Assembly: GCA_051530055.1 (NCBI GenBank)
Contig: CM121342.1
Span: forward strand, 10,989,480 to 11,053,479
Direction of reading: 5' to 3'
Origin: Neoechinorhynchus agilis
Taxonomy: Eukaryota > Animalia > Acanthocephala
Length of the DNA: 64,000 bases
Position numbers and translations under genes: made by a program. Under the pieces are notes generated by a model. The model saw only the letters and a list, made by a program, of their open reading frames with translations. It ran no database searches and was not told the DNA's origin. Below are positions 10,160 to 23,271 of the stretch, piece after piece (the stretch's first letter is position 1; each line of letters starts with the position of its first letter).

Positions 10160-12955
10160 GAACATAGTTTCGTTTTCTTCAAATGTTATGTTTGTTCGGC
10201 AGCTTCCTTGATGGCCGCGGCATTGCCGCGTTGGATCGCCGCGCTGATTCGCTGCAACAGGAAGCTGCTGGATCGCATATCGCCGGAGACATCCCAGCGT
10301 GTCCACCGCAATCGGGATGAAAATATATTGATGCCCATCGAGCGAGGAGTAATTCTGCCGCTTCTTTTCCTCGCTGAAGCTGGTGACTGCTCCCGCCTTT
10401 GAGGTGGCATCCCGTAACTGGGATGCTGCGAGCGTGTTGGGGCAGGTAAAATCCCAAACCAGTATTTTCCCGGAGCACCATGGGAGGAGATTCGCTCCAT
10501 CAGGGCGTTTACCGTCGTTCCGGGAGAGTCCAACTGGTTCGAGTCGAGCTGGAAAACCGGCCGTTGAGAGTGCTTCCCTGATTATGCGGTTGACTGCTGA
10601 TTGCCGTGCGTGGCGAGCAGTTGAACGCTTGCAGTCAAGGCCGTGAGTTCCTGATCCGTTCACTGTCTCACCGCACCGACATGTATATGAGCCTGAGAAT
10701 TCGATGCCCAACCGATGTCCCACAGCGACGGTGATGGCCTGATCATCCAGCCTCGTGCCAACAGATGTGATTGGGAAAGCCTTCAAGAACGAGCTCTATC
10801 GTTGGGAGATGAGCATGAGTTAAGAAGCTGCTGATAACACGCAGTGTGGAGCAAGGCAGTCCAACGTTTTTGGGAGTTTATTTCCGTTGGAACGACCTGC
10901 CGGAACACTGACGTCCATTGAGCGTGCGCTTCGATCAGTTCAGGCGGTGGATGTGACTCGTGTCGAATGTGTGGTGGGATGATTCTCAGCACCAGGTCTG
11001 AAGAAACCGAGATCGACGACGAAAAGGCAGGAATTGCTACTTCGGTGGCACTCTGGATGCCAAGACCGCCGAATCGAATAGGAAGGATCGCCTGTTTCCA
11101 TGCTGTGTCGGACAGACGTAGGTTAAGTACTTCTGACAGGGTTGATCGAACGCAGTTGTCGAAATCCCTGGTGAGCACTGACTTGAAGCATGGAGAAGTC
11201 CTCAGAAGGTACGCAATCTTCGGTAGCGACAGACATCGTGATAATATGAACAGAGCGTCGTGCCGCGCTATGTGCAAGAGCCTGGAGGCAATGAGCCGCA
11301 ATTGATCGATGGCTTTTGAAAGGAACGTTTCCAGGTTAGAAAGGTTACCGATTGGAGACCCGAGAATGTCAGCTGGGTCGGTCGCAGTTGTCTTTTCTCC
11401 GGGCAGTACGGTGAGCAGTCTCGATGCATCCTCTTGGTCGTCCGAAATGATTTCGCATTTGTCCGTTCTCAGGAATAGTCCGATATCGGCATCCATTTCG
11501 GAGATGTTTTTGATGTCGCGAGTGAGCTGGTCGATCTCCCCTCCGATGCAACAGTCGTCGAGGTACCAGATCGATAACTCTGACGAAGAGCTGTGGGCAA
11601 GATGATTGATCTTCAATGCGAACAGCAGAGGACCTAGAGGATCATCTTGTTGAACGCCGTCTGCTGATTTGACCTGGAACTCGCTAAGCAGCAGCATGCT
11701 GGACTGGTCGTAGCACAAGGACACATACAGGTAGATTTCTGGTATGTGCTGGTGGACAACCTCTGTCATCGCGGTGCGGCATATTGAATTGAACGCGTTC
11801 TCCATGTCAAGCTTGACCATAGCCGTTCCCTTATTGATACCATTTCGACTATACGCTCGTGCTGCATGCACGGCTGCCTCGGCTCCAGCAGGAACTGCGA
11901 CTCCTAATTGAACTGGCAAGAGTTGATCAATAAATCGATCGGTGGCGAACTGACACGCGACTTTGGATGCCAGTCGACGGAAGGTACAACCAACGGCAAT
12001 GGGACGAGCCCCTCCACCTTTTTTTGTGAAAGCGATCAGCTTGGCACCGCAGAGTAGACGAGCGACTGGAGGAGGTACGGAACCGCGGACGATTACGCGT
12101 GTGAGCTCGGTGATTGCGTTGAGCAATCGTGTACCTTGAGCTCCAGAAGAGAAGCAGGTCAAATCCCGTAAGTGTCGAGGACTCAAACCATCATGCCCTC
12201 CAGCTGACGATGGCGGAAAGGACATCAGAGCGTAAGTGACGGTGGAGACTGTAATGAGTATGAGGGGATCGCGATCGGACTATGTGAACGACGAATCATA
12301 ATTTGGCTTGAAGCAACTCCGTCTGCGTGGAGGATGCTTCAATTTTAAGGAGTCGAGGATGTCCTTGTTTGGCGCGAATAGGCGGTCCGTTCCGCTTACA
12401 AGTCGAACGGCACCCCTCAGGTCGCCGTCCTCCAGCTTCTCGGAGCATTTCGCACGTAGTTGAGAGTCCGGGTCGTGAGGAAAATTACGGCGATGGCTCT
12501 GCCATCCAAGATGCTCGACTTGTTCAAAAAACTCGAAAGCGTCGGACCTGTTGCGAATCTTTTGACTGAGCGATTGATTCTCGTTGGCTTCAGCAGTTTG
12601 TGTTGGAAAACGTAAGACGGCTTTGGGAAACGCGAGGAGGTTGAACCAGTCAGATGGTACGGTTGGATCTCGTATGATACGCTCGATCAGGCATGCTAAT
12701 TTGGAAGCTAAGAAGGACCTGGCGCCTCGCGGGATTCGTCTAATCATGCTGGTACCGTGTGAAAGCATCTCGATCAGTGCATCGGTGGGGCATTCGTGTC
12801 TGTGACCACAGTTGTGAGTTCGGTTAAATTGGATGGATTGGATGAAGACGGAGAAGCAGGCTGAGTTGGAGGTTTTCTGGATCCAGGGCAATGCGAACCA
12901 TGCTGACCGTGGGAGCGGACGAGACCACGTTGTTGCGGCGGACGTTGTTGCGGCG
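10160..12955 (-). mobile_element. CRE-clade non-LTR retrotransposon (RT + zinc knuckle + restriction-like endonuclease), 5'-truncated and frameshifted
   Basis: RRIPRGAR, KHPP, GLSPRHL, RPIAVGCTFRRL, DMENAFNS, GVQQDDPLGP, WYLDD, CRCG..GTHGLDC, RPDG, WDFT, QRGNA. Confidence 0.92.
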
Positions 12956-12993
12956 TATTTCGTCCAATCACACTGGACTTCTTCAGTCAATTA
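12956..12993 (-). ncRNA. Truncated hammerhead motif abutting the 5' end of the CRE element
   Basis: aattga CTGAAGA a GTCCA gtgtgat TGGAC GAAA TA, then CRE sequence; the UH site and the 3' strand of stem I are missing. Confidence 0.6.
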
Positions 12994-14299
12994 TGGCTTG
13001 TAAGTTTTTAAATGTTCGAATCGTTAAATTTGCCGCCTCGAAATTTGCGAATATGGCATTTTTATCGTGAAGAAATTGTATTGTAGATTTTAAAAAGATC
13101 AACAATGATAACTAAAATTATTGTCGGTTTGTAAAGCAAATACAAATTCTAATTGGTTGTCATTTTTTATTAAATGACATTGATCGAAATACTTTAAACA
13201 TTTTGTCGACTACAGTCTACAAAAAAACAGATGAGCAGACCTATTATAATTTTCAAATCGCTGCAATACGTCGAACGTAATTAACGTCTATAATACCTTG
13301 CCTCTAATGCTGATTGGCTGCATTGGTGTTTTATTACTATTGAAACACCTTTAAGTACAATATGCGATCGTTTCGATCCATATTCGCAATTGAGCACGAA
13401 TCGAAAACAACAACTCTACAATGTTCATCCGATTCTTATTTATCATCGTTTTAATTCTGCGCAGTGTTTCTAGAAGCGACATTGCAAGCAAATCTTTCAA
13501 AACCAAAAAACAACGGTTCAAAAAAATGTTTTACGGTCGACGAATTGTATTTCAATTATTGATCGTTGCAGAGTTTTATTAAAATTTGCTGCTTCAATTC
13601 ACTTCTCAAAAAACTTAATATGAAAATTTTAAATAACCAAATTACAAATCATTCCCTTTTCATCAATAAATATTGCTATTTTTTTTATTGCGCACTTGAA
13701 TTTTCTATAAGCACTGGCGCATTACCTTTTTACATTGATCATTTTCTCACCAAAATGCATCAAAATTTACGAAACAAGCAAAATGAAAAGATGAAATTGT
13801 ATACATTTAATGGAAAAGTTAAAATGGGCGACAGTAAGCATTTTTTGGTCTCATCTAAAATTCCACTTTTACATAATATATCACATCTTAAATTTGAGGT
13901 AAATACCATTTAGTTTTATAGGTAAATCATAAAATACACTTGAAAAATATCAGCAATCGAATCGGTCATAAAACCCGCCTATTTTTATTGCTATTGATTA
14001 TTTGAATTAGGTCAAATCAGTATAATTAAATCGGATTTTTAGTTGGAAAAATTTTACTCTCAAAATGAATATTAGATTTTTCGTATATGTTTGAAGATTG
14101 AACTATTCATGCTTTTATGTGGCGGAAAAATTACAGTGCGAATAAAACAGCTAAACAACCTTTATAAAGGCACGAGATTGCGCCTCCAAAAATATCGGAA
14201 CGATGTTATTGCAGTTTATTCGAACTTAGTTTTAGCAATGTTAAAGTTTCTCCTTTTAACGCTCAATTTTCGTGCCGATCGTTCCTAAAGATTTGAAAG

Positions 14300-14565
14300 T
14301 TTTGATTCTCACATGTTTGATTGTTTACCTATTTTTTGGAGCAATTGTCGAGTTAGGCGTTAAAACCCAGTTTTTAGAATATTTGCTCAATTTTTTTAAA
14401 GAATATAATTGGAATCTGAGATCTGCACCTTTTTGATTCTCACATGTTTGATTGTTTACCTATTTTTTGGAACAATTGTCGAGTTAGGCGTTAAAACCCA
14501 GTTATTAGAATATTTGCTCAATTTCTTTAAAGAATATAATTGGAATCTGAGAACTGCACCTTTTC
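14300..14565. repeat. Tandem duplication, unit about 131 bp, 2 copies
   Basis: GATTCTCACATGTTTGATTGTTTACC... starts at 14304 and at 14435. Confidence 0.9.
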
Positions 14566-14588
14566 TACACATCTGTCAATTAAAAAAT

Positions 14589-14802
14589 AAATTGTTTTCT
14601 GGCGTAGAAATTAAATTGATTTTATTTTTAAAATCCGATATTTCGGCACAATCTTGTATGCCTTTTGATGAAGGTTGCTTGTAAGTTATTAAATATGTAA
14701 CTTCGCCTAACTTACAAGCAATCTTGATAAAGGAGCAATATTGTGCCGAACTATCGGATTTTAACATAATATCATTTTAATTTCTACGCCAGAAAACAAT
14801 TT
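14589..14802. repeat. Foldback element whose two arms each carry a degenerate U3-A8 hammerhead
   Basis: Arms AAATTGTTTTCTGGCGTAGAAATT / AATTTCTACGCCAGAAAACAATTT; right arm contains TTGATAA g gagc aatatt gtgcc GAAC TA T C gg. Confidence 0.75.
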
Positions 14803-14976
14803 TTGAGTGCTTAAATTTTGGTAAAGAAAAACAATGAGAATTCGGAATGACATTTGAAAATCTTCACATGAGCGATTGTTTCGACCACCGTAAGTCACCT
14901 ACGATATTCGGAAATAATATAAAACGTCGATATTTGATCGCAACTTCGGCTCACTGACAAAAAGATTATTGATAAT

Positions 14977-17353
14977 TCTATCCAATTGTTCCTTCGAGTG
15001 GGTGTGTATTCTCAATGGCGAATTGTTACACACTCGAGTTTTATTGAAATCAATCTTGCGAATTTTCAAGGCCTCAGCCTCCTTATCAAGCATCTATTGG
15101 TAGCCTTGACTCGGGTGCGCAGGACCGTCAATTCCCGAGGTGATGTTTCACCCCTGCGCTGAAGACCTATGGAGATTCCTCGTCGAAAGTCTTAGAGAAT
15201 GATTGCTCTTGTTCCCTTCCATTGTGTCCTCCATGTTAATGAGCAGAGACTCTTTTATCAACCTGTTTTGTAGGTTTCTCTTGGTCATCCTTGTACACGC
15301 GTTTTCAAAATCGATTCTGTGGTCGTTATTAATAGCGTGATTGAATAAAGGTGACGACAAGTCACCTCGTCGTAGCGGATACTCATGTTTCTCTAATTTT
15401 TTCGCATCCCCTGTTTTTTCTGTCCAACGTAGACTTTGTCGCAATCCTTACAGGATATCGAATATACCACCCATCGATTTTCCATAAGCTGTGATGGTTT
15501 CACTTTCAATATCCCGCTCAGTTTTAGTCCTGACGGATAGTAGGGAACCAGGTTCGTCGAGTTCGATTTTCTGAACAAGTATGTCAGCATGTTACCCGCC
15601 CTCGTTGAGATGAACTGAGCTCGAATGAATTTCCTCTCCAAACCGTCTCTAATATCACTTTCCGCCGTGCTCTTCGCTCTAGCCAATGCCTTCCTTATAG
15701 CGTATGCCGGGTACTCAAGGTCCTGAAGTTTTGTAAAGATGCTCTCTATGTCCTTAATCATCACATGGGCATTGCTTGCGATTTTTATGGCTCGCTTGAA
15801 GATGTTTACCGCAGCATTGATTTTGTACTTGGTATGTCCGTGGCTTCTCCAATGGTTCGTCCCTCAGGGTATACCTGGCTTATGTAATTGCGAATCAACA
15901 CATCTAAGAAGCCTTCCCTGGTCATCCTCTGGGGTGATGCCCATCTTTATCGACGGATTTATTCCGTTCAATTGATCCTCTAACTTCATTTTAATAGGAT
16001 CCTTGTTAGTCACTGCAAACACATCGTCAACGTACCTCCAACACGCCACAATCACAGGAAACCTCAATCTCAGTTGCTTCTCATATTCGATCATATAGAT
16101 GTTGGCCAACGCTGGTCCTAACGGTGATCCCATTGCCACTCCGTTCGTCTGGTCGTAGAATATTCCTTCGAATAAGAACGTAGACTTCGTCGTGCAGTGA
16201 TCAATCAGTACTGACCAATACATCCATATCCAGCTTGGGATCCAAACATCGTTTCGAAAGTAAATCCGCAGCCAAGATAGTTGCTTCCTTTATCGGTACA
16301 TTCGTAAATAGTGCAGTGAATCTGTCGTCCAAAGGAAGTGGTTGTTTCCATGTTATCCCGAATTAGTGTGTTAATATCCTTGCCAAACTTGTGGCAGAAC
16401 GAAGAGTAAGACCCAATGATCGGTGTGACCTTCAGAAATGGTTTGTGGACCTTTGGTAGCAGGTACATGAATCCCGGCTCCGCATTAGCCGATCTTATAC
16501 GCTTATATCAGTTTTGGGTAATTTTCCCGGCCAATTTTAGACCATTCAAGTAACTGTTAAATCCACGCTCTCTTATCGAAGTTGGATCCTTCTTAAGTTC
16601 CTGGAGTTGGTCTGCTTCAATATATAAATACCCACCTCGATATAGTCCGTTGTGTTTAGCACGACTAGTGCTTTCCCTTTGTCCGCTCGACATGCTCTTA
16701 TAGTTTTGTCATCTTTCTATACTTTCAACGCATGCTTTTCCTCCTTTGACATATTGTCCTTATTCCAGTTATTCTTAGTAAACGATATCACAGAACATGT
16801 CGTCATCCACTCTTTTAATCATTGCCTCGGTGTTACATATAATATCTATGTCCGTGACTTTTGTTGTTGGTATGAAATCCGGACCCAGTTCAAGGACACT
16901 TCGTTCGTTCGAATTGAAGAGTCTACTCGACCAATTAAACAATCTATTCTCATGCTTCGGTTGTTGCCATCGATGACATCCTAGGTAGGACAATTTCTTG
17001 GCATGCTTCGCCTTAAGAATCTGATATCCTTGGAATCAAACGTTTTTATTAACCATTCCCAAATACTCCTCATTTTCTTTAGACCTACACCCATTCGGTA
17101 TCGCGCATTCCTTATTGCAAACTTCATAATCATTCTCTCGATATCACGCTCCTTCTTAGATCCTTGTAGTCCTATAATGCCCGTTTTGATGCGAGCGCAA
17201 ACCGGCGCGACTCTATTCTTCAGAATCTCCATGGGTCTTCAGCGCAAAGAGTGAAACATCTCCTCAGGAATCGACGGTAAGGAGGCTGAGGCCTTGAAAA
17301 TTCGCGAGATTGATTTCAATAAAACTCGAGTGTGTAACAATTCGCCATTGAGA
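14977..17353 (-). mobile_element. Near full-length but frameshifted Penelope-like element with an inverted terminal repeat
   Basis: NERSVLELGPDFIP, ADKG, MYLLPKVHKP, GVAMGSPLGPALANIYM, WRYVDDVF, VYSISCKDCDKVYVGQ. The 3' segment ~15008-15180 is repeated inverted at ~17225-17355. Direct repeat ATTATTGATAAT at 14965-14976 and 17354-17365 is a TSD candidate. Confidence 0.92.
15057..15092 (-). ncRNA. Hammerhead motif, U3-A8 variant, in the PLE 3' terminal repeat
   Basis: TGC TTGATAA g GAGGC tgag GCCTT GAAA AT T C GCA on the PLE sense strand. Confidence 0.7.
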
Positions 17354-18113
17354 ATTATTGATAATGTTAATAGCCATTCGCCACAATACCAAGAAGATGA
17401 AAAAAATCGAAATGAGCTAGATGGTTTCATTAAATCGAGCTTGATTTGAAAAAACGCACAATTAGGTCAAATGCGAGATTTATTGTGTTGGAATGCTATT
17501 GCCAAGTTTGAAAAAGTCATTGATCCTGCAAGTACATTTGGCAATGAATTCAATGTCAACCGCTCGTCTGAGACACGAAGACTATGCGATAAGTGTCATT
17601 TTATGTTTTAGAAACGTTTAGACTTATAAAATACTTGTCTGACTTTAAGTTCTTTTTAAATCTCAAAATACCGTTCTCTTATTTCCTCTTGAGTTTATCA
17701 ACTGAATTTCGATGAAGATCAATTTAACGAATTTTTAGCCCTTCCCTATTCAATAATAGACAATCTTCTCCTCTCGAACGTAGTACTTTTCAAAAGTGCT
17801 TCTGCAATATCCGGAGTTTTGTTAAATTAATCGTAATGGCTTTATAATTATTTTTTATTATGTATTTTGAGGCTCTCTATTTCAAACCGCTTTTAATATT
17901 CCCCATATATATACTGAATTTTATTAAGTTATGATTTTATCTTTCTCTGGTTAATTAAGCAATTTAAAAATTTCGAATACGAAAAGTCAATTCTCGTGCG
18001 CTTTTTTTCTCATAATCGCTTAGTAGACCACCAACAGCAGAGAAAAACGAAATAAAATTTAATTTTAAAATAACGTCGCTTAGTCTCCAAGCATGGTAAT
18101 TTATTCAGGAATA

Positions 18114-20324
18114 TCATTCTTCAACTTCAGGAAAGGACTTCGAATGTCGTAAAGATGGCGGTCTCACTACATGATGAGAGGGCAAAGCTGTAGAACTATG
18201 ATTTCGAGTCCACGATCGCGTAAGTAACCGCTTTACCTTCCTATGTTCGGGCGCAAGGAACATGACATCAAGAACCTGATATTTTTGTTCTCGGACCAGC
18301 TTTCGATTTTTTCCAAAGGACAAAACGACTATATCGCAAACCAAAGTCGCCAATCCGAGAATCCCAACGATTGAACCAATATTCATACTAAACGCAATAA
18401 TATCAAACTTACCAGCAGCTCCATTTACATTGACAACTAAACGAATTCCATAGGCTTTGGTAAGCAACCTTTGTTCTTGGGCGCCAAGCTTCCAATAATC
18501 TGAATATCTGAAATTATAGCCCGCTGAAAATCGTTCAACGTAAAATGGTGCATCAATACGCCGGAATTCATAATTGGGCACACAACGGTGAATGGCCAAA
18601 TCGAGATTGCAATTCCATTGAATCTTGAGACGAATCGCGCATCCATATTTAAGCATCAGTTGCAGTTCAGTTTTGTTTTTTTCAACAGCTTCAAGGATTC
18701 GTCCCACTTTGAAGATAGGGCAAAGTGGATCAGTGACTTCATGGTGAATGCAACTTCTAAAATATCGAGGTGATAGTTCTGGAACGAAGTTTTTCCGGAT
18801 AACACCAAACGCGGGGAATTCAATATAGTTTTTAACGAGGATCGTCAAATTCGGTATATGTCGAAAAGATTGAGGAATATGAATGTCATTTTCAATCGGA
18901 CACCATCCACGAACTTGACACACTTTTTCAAGTTTCTTGCCTGCAAACATTCTATCTGCAAAAACACACTTCCCCGTGACCTTACCGTTCTGTTTTGGAC
19001 GAAACGAAGATGGGACGCAGTCGGAATCATTTTTACATAAACTGAAACTCAAATCAGGATCCTCAGGACAATAGCCGCGCTTTTGCTGGGTTAAAATTCG
19101 GTTAGTCATGATGAATATGGCATTGTCTTCATGTGATGGTATCCGGAGCCAAAGAGTTGTCGACCAAAGGGAAAGATAGATTCTACGAAGTATTACAATT
19201 AACTAACAAAAACGTTCACCTCTTAGAAAAACCATTCGGCAACTTAGATTTTTAGATCTTGTAATACAGTTGTTCATTTATATATGTGTGTGTATTTTGT
19301 TTGGTGATGAGAAGAATAGCGATTAATTTATTAATTCTCAATATTTCGTCCGTTTCGTCCAACTTCTGAAACGGACAAAATATTGAGAATTAATAAAACA
19401 GTCTCTATTTTTATAATCACCAAAGAACACACATATATATAGATCTTAGGAAATTACAATCAAACATGGTCCAGTATTTTTTCACGTCGACATTTAAGTA
19501 AGAACCTTTATATTAACTTCAAAATAAACTCTAAATTTCGATTTCTAGAAACTGGTAATTTCCCTTTTAGTTATACATAAAAAATTGTTCGTACTCAAAT
19601 TCAATTATACAGTCCAAAAGGGCGATTTATTCAAGTCACTGTGTCGAAATATTAAAGTCATCGTGTCTGTAAAATAGATGCGCGTTTATTGCCATCTAAT
19701 AAAAAAACGATTACTAAAAATTTCGTTGTTTTCGCGTACAAAGTTATCTTTAATTTTTACAAATTTATATAAAACAATAACAACCTGATTGAGTTGGGCA
19801 TTATTTTGTTGTGTTTAGCGCCCATTGGATGTACAAAAATCCCTACAAATTTTGTACTTCCTATAAGACGAAAAGCATGATTCAAAATTAAATTATGGCT
19901 GCATTTTTAAAAAGCTTTGTCTGTCGTCTATTTGATTATCTTAAATTGATAGCGTGAGATTTGTTGCGAATGACGAAGTAAACACCAAGAATCGATTACT
20001 CGATGGATCCGAAGTTATCACATATTCGGCAGCGTCCAAAACAACATCATTATGTTTGATCCGATGGAGAACAGCTCCCTTTGTCTTTATGGTTGTAGCG
20101 CTTATAATGGACCGGTCCACCCGTTGGTATCCTTTCATATGAACCATGATATATAAGATACAATAGACGAGAATGAGGCACTGAATGGTCCTGCAGAGTA
20201 TAGCAAGTCCAGCACTGTTGATTGTAACAACTTTCGGCGTTTCGTATTGAATAAAGGCTGTTCTGAGAATGCTTTTCAAGCTTCTCGTGAACCTTGTGCC
20301 TTTTTTGTTTGTGGTCGCTTGCAT
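18114..20324 (-). CDS. P2RX: P2X purinergic receptor; proposed intron 19999-19127
   Basis: YETPKV, KGYQ, TIKTKG, GYCPE, CQVRGWCPIE, DPLCPIF, WNCNLD, GYNFRY, KAYGIR, GAAGKFDI; two TM helices; ATP-binding K/NFR/K residues present. Confidence 0.92.
19279..19440. repeat. Foldback element inside the P2X intron
   Basis: TTTATTAATTCTCAATATTTCGTCCGTTTC / GAAACGGACAAAATATTGAGAATTAATAAA, plus outer TATATATGTGTG / CACACATATATA. Confidence 0.8.
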
Positions 20325-20699
20325 TGAGCGTCTTACTAAATTGTAAGGACGGATATCTTTAGAAGTTGTCGGCAGAATTTTGACTGGCTCAGTTATTGGT
20401 TGCCAAGAGTAGGATAATGGGTGGTGGTAGCAATAAATATTAAAAAAGCGTTTAAATGAGGAAGTCTGCTTGTTTGCCTGGTTACAATGTCTTTATCCTT
20501 CTCTTTAAGGACTTCTATACGAACATTTGGCACGATATCTCCGAGCTTGGTGAGAGTAACACCGGTAGGGCACTTTAAAGGGCATTTATTGAAAAAGGAT
20601 AAGTGTGCGTGTGTATATGGAGAAAAAGAGGACGTGTAAAGAATTCGATTCAAACGATCTACCGATACTTCTCGTATTTATATGCAGACACTTAGCAGG

Positions 20700-22500
20700 A
20701 CCACTTCATTTATTCAAGCTAGTAAGTTCTTGAATAATTCACACGCTCAACGAAATGTATCTCAAACGGTTATCATTAAGTTCTTTGAGTATGGAAAAAT
20801 TCGAGTACTCCAAAAAAGATGAAATTTCGCACTATGGCACCCAAACCCCTAGTGTAAAAAAATCATACTTGCTTTGGAACTATATTATTCCATGATAAAT
20901 TGATCAAGACACTCCCAGGTTTCTTGTAGATATCTATAAGTTATGAACTGTTGAATGTCGTGTACTAACTGGGAGCAAATAGGACTTTGCGGGAACTCAA
21001 ATTATCAAAATGCATCTAAGGAACTCCTAAGCAGTCATGACTTGTACCGAACTATCAAATGTCTATTCACAAAGAGTTGAAATTGCGTAAACTGACTCCA
21101 TGGGACACAAACTAATTTTTATGCTGATCCAGTTGGGAAGAATAGAAGTTCCCTGATGGTGATCAATTCACTTATGGCATCCATCAAAGTTCATGAGCGG
21201 CGGTAAACCTGGTAAAAGTTCACAATCTGATGAATTTGATCAGTCAAGGCTATTTGATAAGTTCTTGGAAAGCACGGTAAACATTTAGATGCCGAACTTT
21301 GTGACATTTGCAAATGATGAAATGCCTATCGATTCATCAACGTTTAATACAGCTCAAGACTTCTATATCGACATTGATTAACGGCGCAATCTTTCATTAA
21401 ATGTCGAACCATAAAAGAACTCGCTTTTGTAATTTATCGAAATAATTTGGTCTCGCCGCATATAGACAAAATTTTAGAATAACGATAAATTTTTAAATTA
21501 CTTCCTTCATTTAAAAATCCGAGCATCCTCTCCCTGCAAGCATTTCGATCTCTTAACGGAAAAAACAAATGGTTTGTGCTTTATTCATCTCAACATTTCT
21601 CATGTCCACAGGTTAATCGCTCAAATGTAAATCCGTATTGACCTAACGTTTTCTTAAGCCTTCCGAAGTGTAAAGAGTACAACATTAATATCCACTTTAT
21701 TGTGTGATCTCCGGCAACCCTAAGATTGATCGATTTCAGTTGTGACTTTGAGACAATCGTATATTTTAATTTTTTCATTCGACTGGTCTTATCTACGCCG
21801 ACATAACTTTGTTTGCGTTCGAATTTTACTGTAAACCCTAATGAATTCCATGATGAGATTGCTTGAATGTGCTCGGACAATTTTTAGTTTGAGTCATTGC
21901 TTTCTAAGAAGGAAATAATAATCTCTTATGCTTTCTCAAGATCCACTAATTTGTATAGCGTTTGTTTATTCCAACGAAGATGGGATTCGCACTGGTAAAG
22001 AATTTGGCATCCGTTCAGATATTGGGCGGAGAGACACATTTAAAAGGAAAAACTTTAACAGAATTATCAACGAACTATCACTCAATATTTTCGCTCCATC
22101 ATGAAAGATATGAGTGATATTCTAAACGCATGGATAGAATAACTCTCGCGCATAATTTGGAAGGAACGGCGATATTTATGTAAGATAATGAGATGTTGCG
22201 TAAAACTAGATATATGGGTAAAGGAAATTCGCCCTCCGCCGTGTAACCGAAGCTAACTACTCTGGAGATAGTATGCAGGTTTGTCCGTATTCTTAGAGTT
22301 GAGGATAAAGTCGATTTTTAACTCACATAGATCGCTCTTCATTTATTTCTGTTAATAATATTGATTTGCCAAGGAAGTACTCTGTTCGGATTTCGTGATA
22401 AATATATTTCAAAGGAACCTTTTAGCCCATAAAGCGGACGACAATCATGTAAACAAGGTCAAACGTGGAGTATTCGGTAAGATTTATCGGCTATGTAGCA
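20700..22500 (+). mobile_element. Possible very decayed LINE-type RT relic
   Basis: Only weak motif echoes (IDLTFS*AFRSV resembling D.SKAFDSV); many stops. Confidence 0.25.
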
Positions 22501-22573
22501 ATGCTGTTTTAATTGCAAAAAAACCCCATAAACCTCGGAAAATGAATAAAACGGAAAATTAATAGAAAGAGAG

Positions 22574-22698
22574 GTGAGCATAATCCCGGGCATGACATTA
22601 TCGATTTATTTTCATTGTTTCGCAAGTTTGTTGGCGAGGTTACCTCTTTCGAAATATCTCAAATAAATAGATAATGTCATGCAAGGGATAATATTCAC
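22574..22698. repeat. Foldback with a hammerhead 3' half (family of 26362 and 41235) in the loop
   Basis: Arms ATCCCGGGCATGACATTATCGATTTATTT / AAATAAATAGATAATGTCATGCAAGGGAT; loop GGCGAGGTTACCTCTTTC GAAA TATC TCAA. Confidence 0.7.
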
Positions 22699-22793
22699 TA
22701 CAGATCTAAGCGAAAAATTGTTACTCATTCTCATAGAATCATCAAATTTCTGTAGGAATGAAATTTTAAATTTCAGTATACAGAAGAGATTCA

Positions 22794-23271
22794 ATGTATA
22801 ACCACGGTTTTATCGTAATAGATTCTCTTCTATCACCGGACCGTGCGGCTATTAAGCAAAAGCACGAAATTCTAAAAAGACAACAAAAAGCTCTAACAAA
22901 GTACAGATTGGCATGCGCGAAAACGAGGACTTTTCCACTGCAATCGTGTCCACCACTGGATGAATGTTTAGGTAAGTGCTTAGGCTTGAGTTTTTTAATT
23001 AACCATATTTTTTGTACAAGATGAACCACTAGAGATTTTGAGTGGTCGTCCCTATGATGAGGATGCTGATACCTTTTTGACATATCACCGTCAACGTCGC
23101 TTCTTGTTTAATTCAAATAGAGAAATAATGAGGAAAACAAGACGGAAAGCCTATGAAGCCTATGAGGAGAAGTGCAGAGGAAATTTTATCTTGAGAATTA
23201 GTAGAGCATGTCCTCCCCTAAATAGAGATAAATGTGAACAAATCGCTGCCCAATTGCCAACAAGCCAATGA
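22794..23271 (+). CDS. Two-exon orphan protein (intron 22972-23020)
   Basis: G|GTAAGT...TTTTGTACAAG|AT joins two ORFs in frame (ECLD-EPLEILSGRPY); no recognisable domain. Confidence 0.55.

Noticed and set aside
15162-15200. CTGAAGA...GAAA on the + strand
   Set aside because: Antisense to the PLE, with no G10.1-C11.1 pair and no stem I; the real motif is on the minus strand at 15057-15092.
20393-20653. ORF with KLGDIVPNV, resembling a peroxiredoxin N-terminus
   Set aside because: No continuation or catalytic Cys motif found.
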